Below are positions 62,367 through 64,000 of a DNA stretch of 64,000 nucleotides, in pieces. The notes under the pieces were generated by a model. It had not been told where the DNA came from and made no database searches. It saw only the letters and a program-made list of their open reading frames with translations. Source of the DNA: Amoebidium appalachense (taxonomy: Eukaryota; Protista; Ichthyosporea); contig CAVNZM010000003.1 in assembly GCA_963693365.1 (NCBI GenBank), positions 5,266,472-5,330,471 on the forward strand, in the 5' to 3' direction. The stretch's first letter is position 1. Each line of letters opens with the position of its first letter. Both the position numbers and the translations under genes were made by a program.

Positions 62367-62708
62367 CCACGTGCAAGTAAACGCATGTTGACCCACGTTC
62401 ACACGCACGCACGCAAACACACACGCACACACAACCACACACCCACACATGCGTGCGTGTGCACCCACACCCGCACACACAGACACACACACACACGCGT
62501 GCGCGCACCCACATTCAGACACACGCCAACAAACAAGAAAGCCGGGACTCTAATCTCCCCCCCCCCTCCCCCCCCCCCCCTCTTCCCCCCCTTTCCCCCG
62601 GGTTCCTCATCACCAATACCTTGCAGGTCGCGGAATTCATTCACGGAGGGAGATCTGAACATCAACACAGAGGGGTTGAGAATCTCCACTGACCCAAAGT
62701 TAGACGTC

Positions 62709-62747
<39 letters not shown>

Positions 62748-62752
62748 GTGTC

Positions 62753-62783
<31 letters not shown>

Positions 62784-63270
62784 TGTGTGGGGTTGGTGTG
62801 GGTGTGGGTGGGTGGGTGGGTGGGTGGGTGGGTGGGTTTGTGTGTGTGTGGGGTGTGTGTGTGTGTGTGTGGTAGGTGGATGGATTTGAAAGGCTGCAGC
62901 AGGGGGGGGAGGGGGGGGAGAACCCCGCCGTTGCAGCTTTTCATTAGCTTCCTCTTCTCCACCCACCCACCCCCCCGTCCTCCCCCGAATCCTTACCTCC
63001 CCCTCCCCCTGAGCCTCCCCACCACATTAAGATGGACTCTAATTGAGTTTTGTTTTTTATGTGGCTGTTTTTTTTTGGGATATACACATAAGAGTATCCG
63101 TTGTGATATATACTTCATACGGTGCATCACGTTCTAACACCCCCTCATACCCGCACCCCCTCCCCCACTAACAACCTTTGCCCCACTCCCACCCCTTCCC
63201 CCCTTCCCGCCCCCCTAACCCCTCACTCTCTCCGACCGTTACTTCCACTCACACATACACACACACTTCT

Positions 63271-63306
<36 letters not shown>

Positions 63307-63385
63307 TCCCTCCCTCCCTCCCTTCCTCCCTTCCTCCCTCCCTCCCTCCCTCCCTCTCCCTCTCCCTCTCCCTCTCCCTCTCCCT

Positions 63386-63418
<33 letters not shown>

Positions 63419-63705
63419 CCTCCCTCCCTCCCTCCCCCCCTCTCTCTCCACCCCCCTCTCCTCCCCCCCCCACCATCTCTCTCCCCCTCCCCCTCCTCCC
63501 CCCCCCCCCTCCCTGTCCCTCTTTATAATACAGCCCTAAGGGCAACAATCAAGCAACACACACACTGGGCACAACAGCAAGGGCTTCCCCTCGTACGGCA
63601 GTTACAACTGGGAGCGGGATATCACCAAGAGTCATATCTCCAAGAACACAAACACAGGGGGGGGAGGTATCAGAACAGGCGGTGACAAATCAAAATGCTG
63701 ACCAG
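61518..63705 (+). CDS. 5' part of a probable MAP kinase kinase (MEK/MKK-like); continues past the window
   Basis: Exons 61518-61582, 62627-62710, 63534-63705, phase-consistent: MYRKKKNLLIS (basic-LxI docking-site-like), SFTEGDLNINTEGLRIS (resembles the F.DGDL..N..GLR motif of plant/protist MKK N-termini), then an SP-rich linker. The kinase domain is not in the window. Confidence 0.6.
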
Positions 63706-64000
63706 GTGTGTGAGCGGGTGGGTGGGAGGGTGGGGGTGGAGAAAGTGTGAGTGGGCCGGTGGGGGGGTGGGGATGGGGGGAAGGGAACGGGGAGGGGGGG
63801 GGGGGGGGGGGGGAAGAGGACATAGGGGGAAGAGGGAGGGCAGGCGGGGGGGGGAAGGGGGAGGGGAAGGGGGGTTGGATGGGATGGGGGTTGAGAGTGA
63901 TGGTGCGAGAGAGGGAGTTAATGGGTCGGTGGGTGATGAAGTTGGCAAAGAAAGGGGAGACACACATTACACAGAGATGTATACTAGCTTGTCTGACGCT

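Overview
Eukaryotic nuclear DNA, intron-rich, standard genetic code, probably from a protist (taxon not determinable here). Introns are packed with poly-C/poly-G runs and (CA)n/(TC)n microsatellites, so most entries in the ORF track are artefacts. All gene models were spliced and translated by eye. Contents in order: (1) a 3.7-kb P-superfamily (THAP) DNA transposon at 1265-5000, with perfect 29-bp TIRs, a 7-bp TSD, a 23-bp subterminal inverted repeat and a disabled, internally deleted, intron-containing transposase; a probable excision footprint of a sister element lies about 80 bp upstream; (2) an intact 13-exon FAM172A/ARB2A-like gene that includes a 14-nt microexon; (3) a 10-exon fusion gene, ankyrin repeats + Thr/Pro linker + degenerate DEDDy 3'-5' exonuclease + Ycf45/SpoIIIAA-like AAA+ ATPase, now carrying stops, frameshifts and an AT splice donor; (4) an intact 10-exon YtcJ/LAF3-like amidohydrolase with a GC-AG intron; (5) a minus-strand ZIP metal transporter hosting an intronic tRNA-Asn(GTT) and followed by a duplicated copy of its own 3' end; (6) the first three exons of a divergently transcribed MAP kinase kinase-like gene. 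The most notable items are the ANK-exonuclease-Ycf45 fusion, the P element with its footprint, and an intron architecture in which (CA)n repeats run directly into the acceptor AG.
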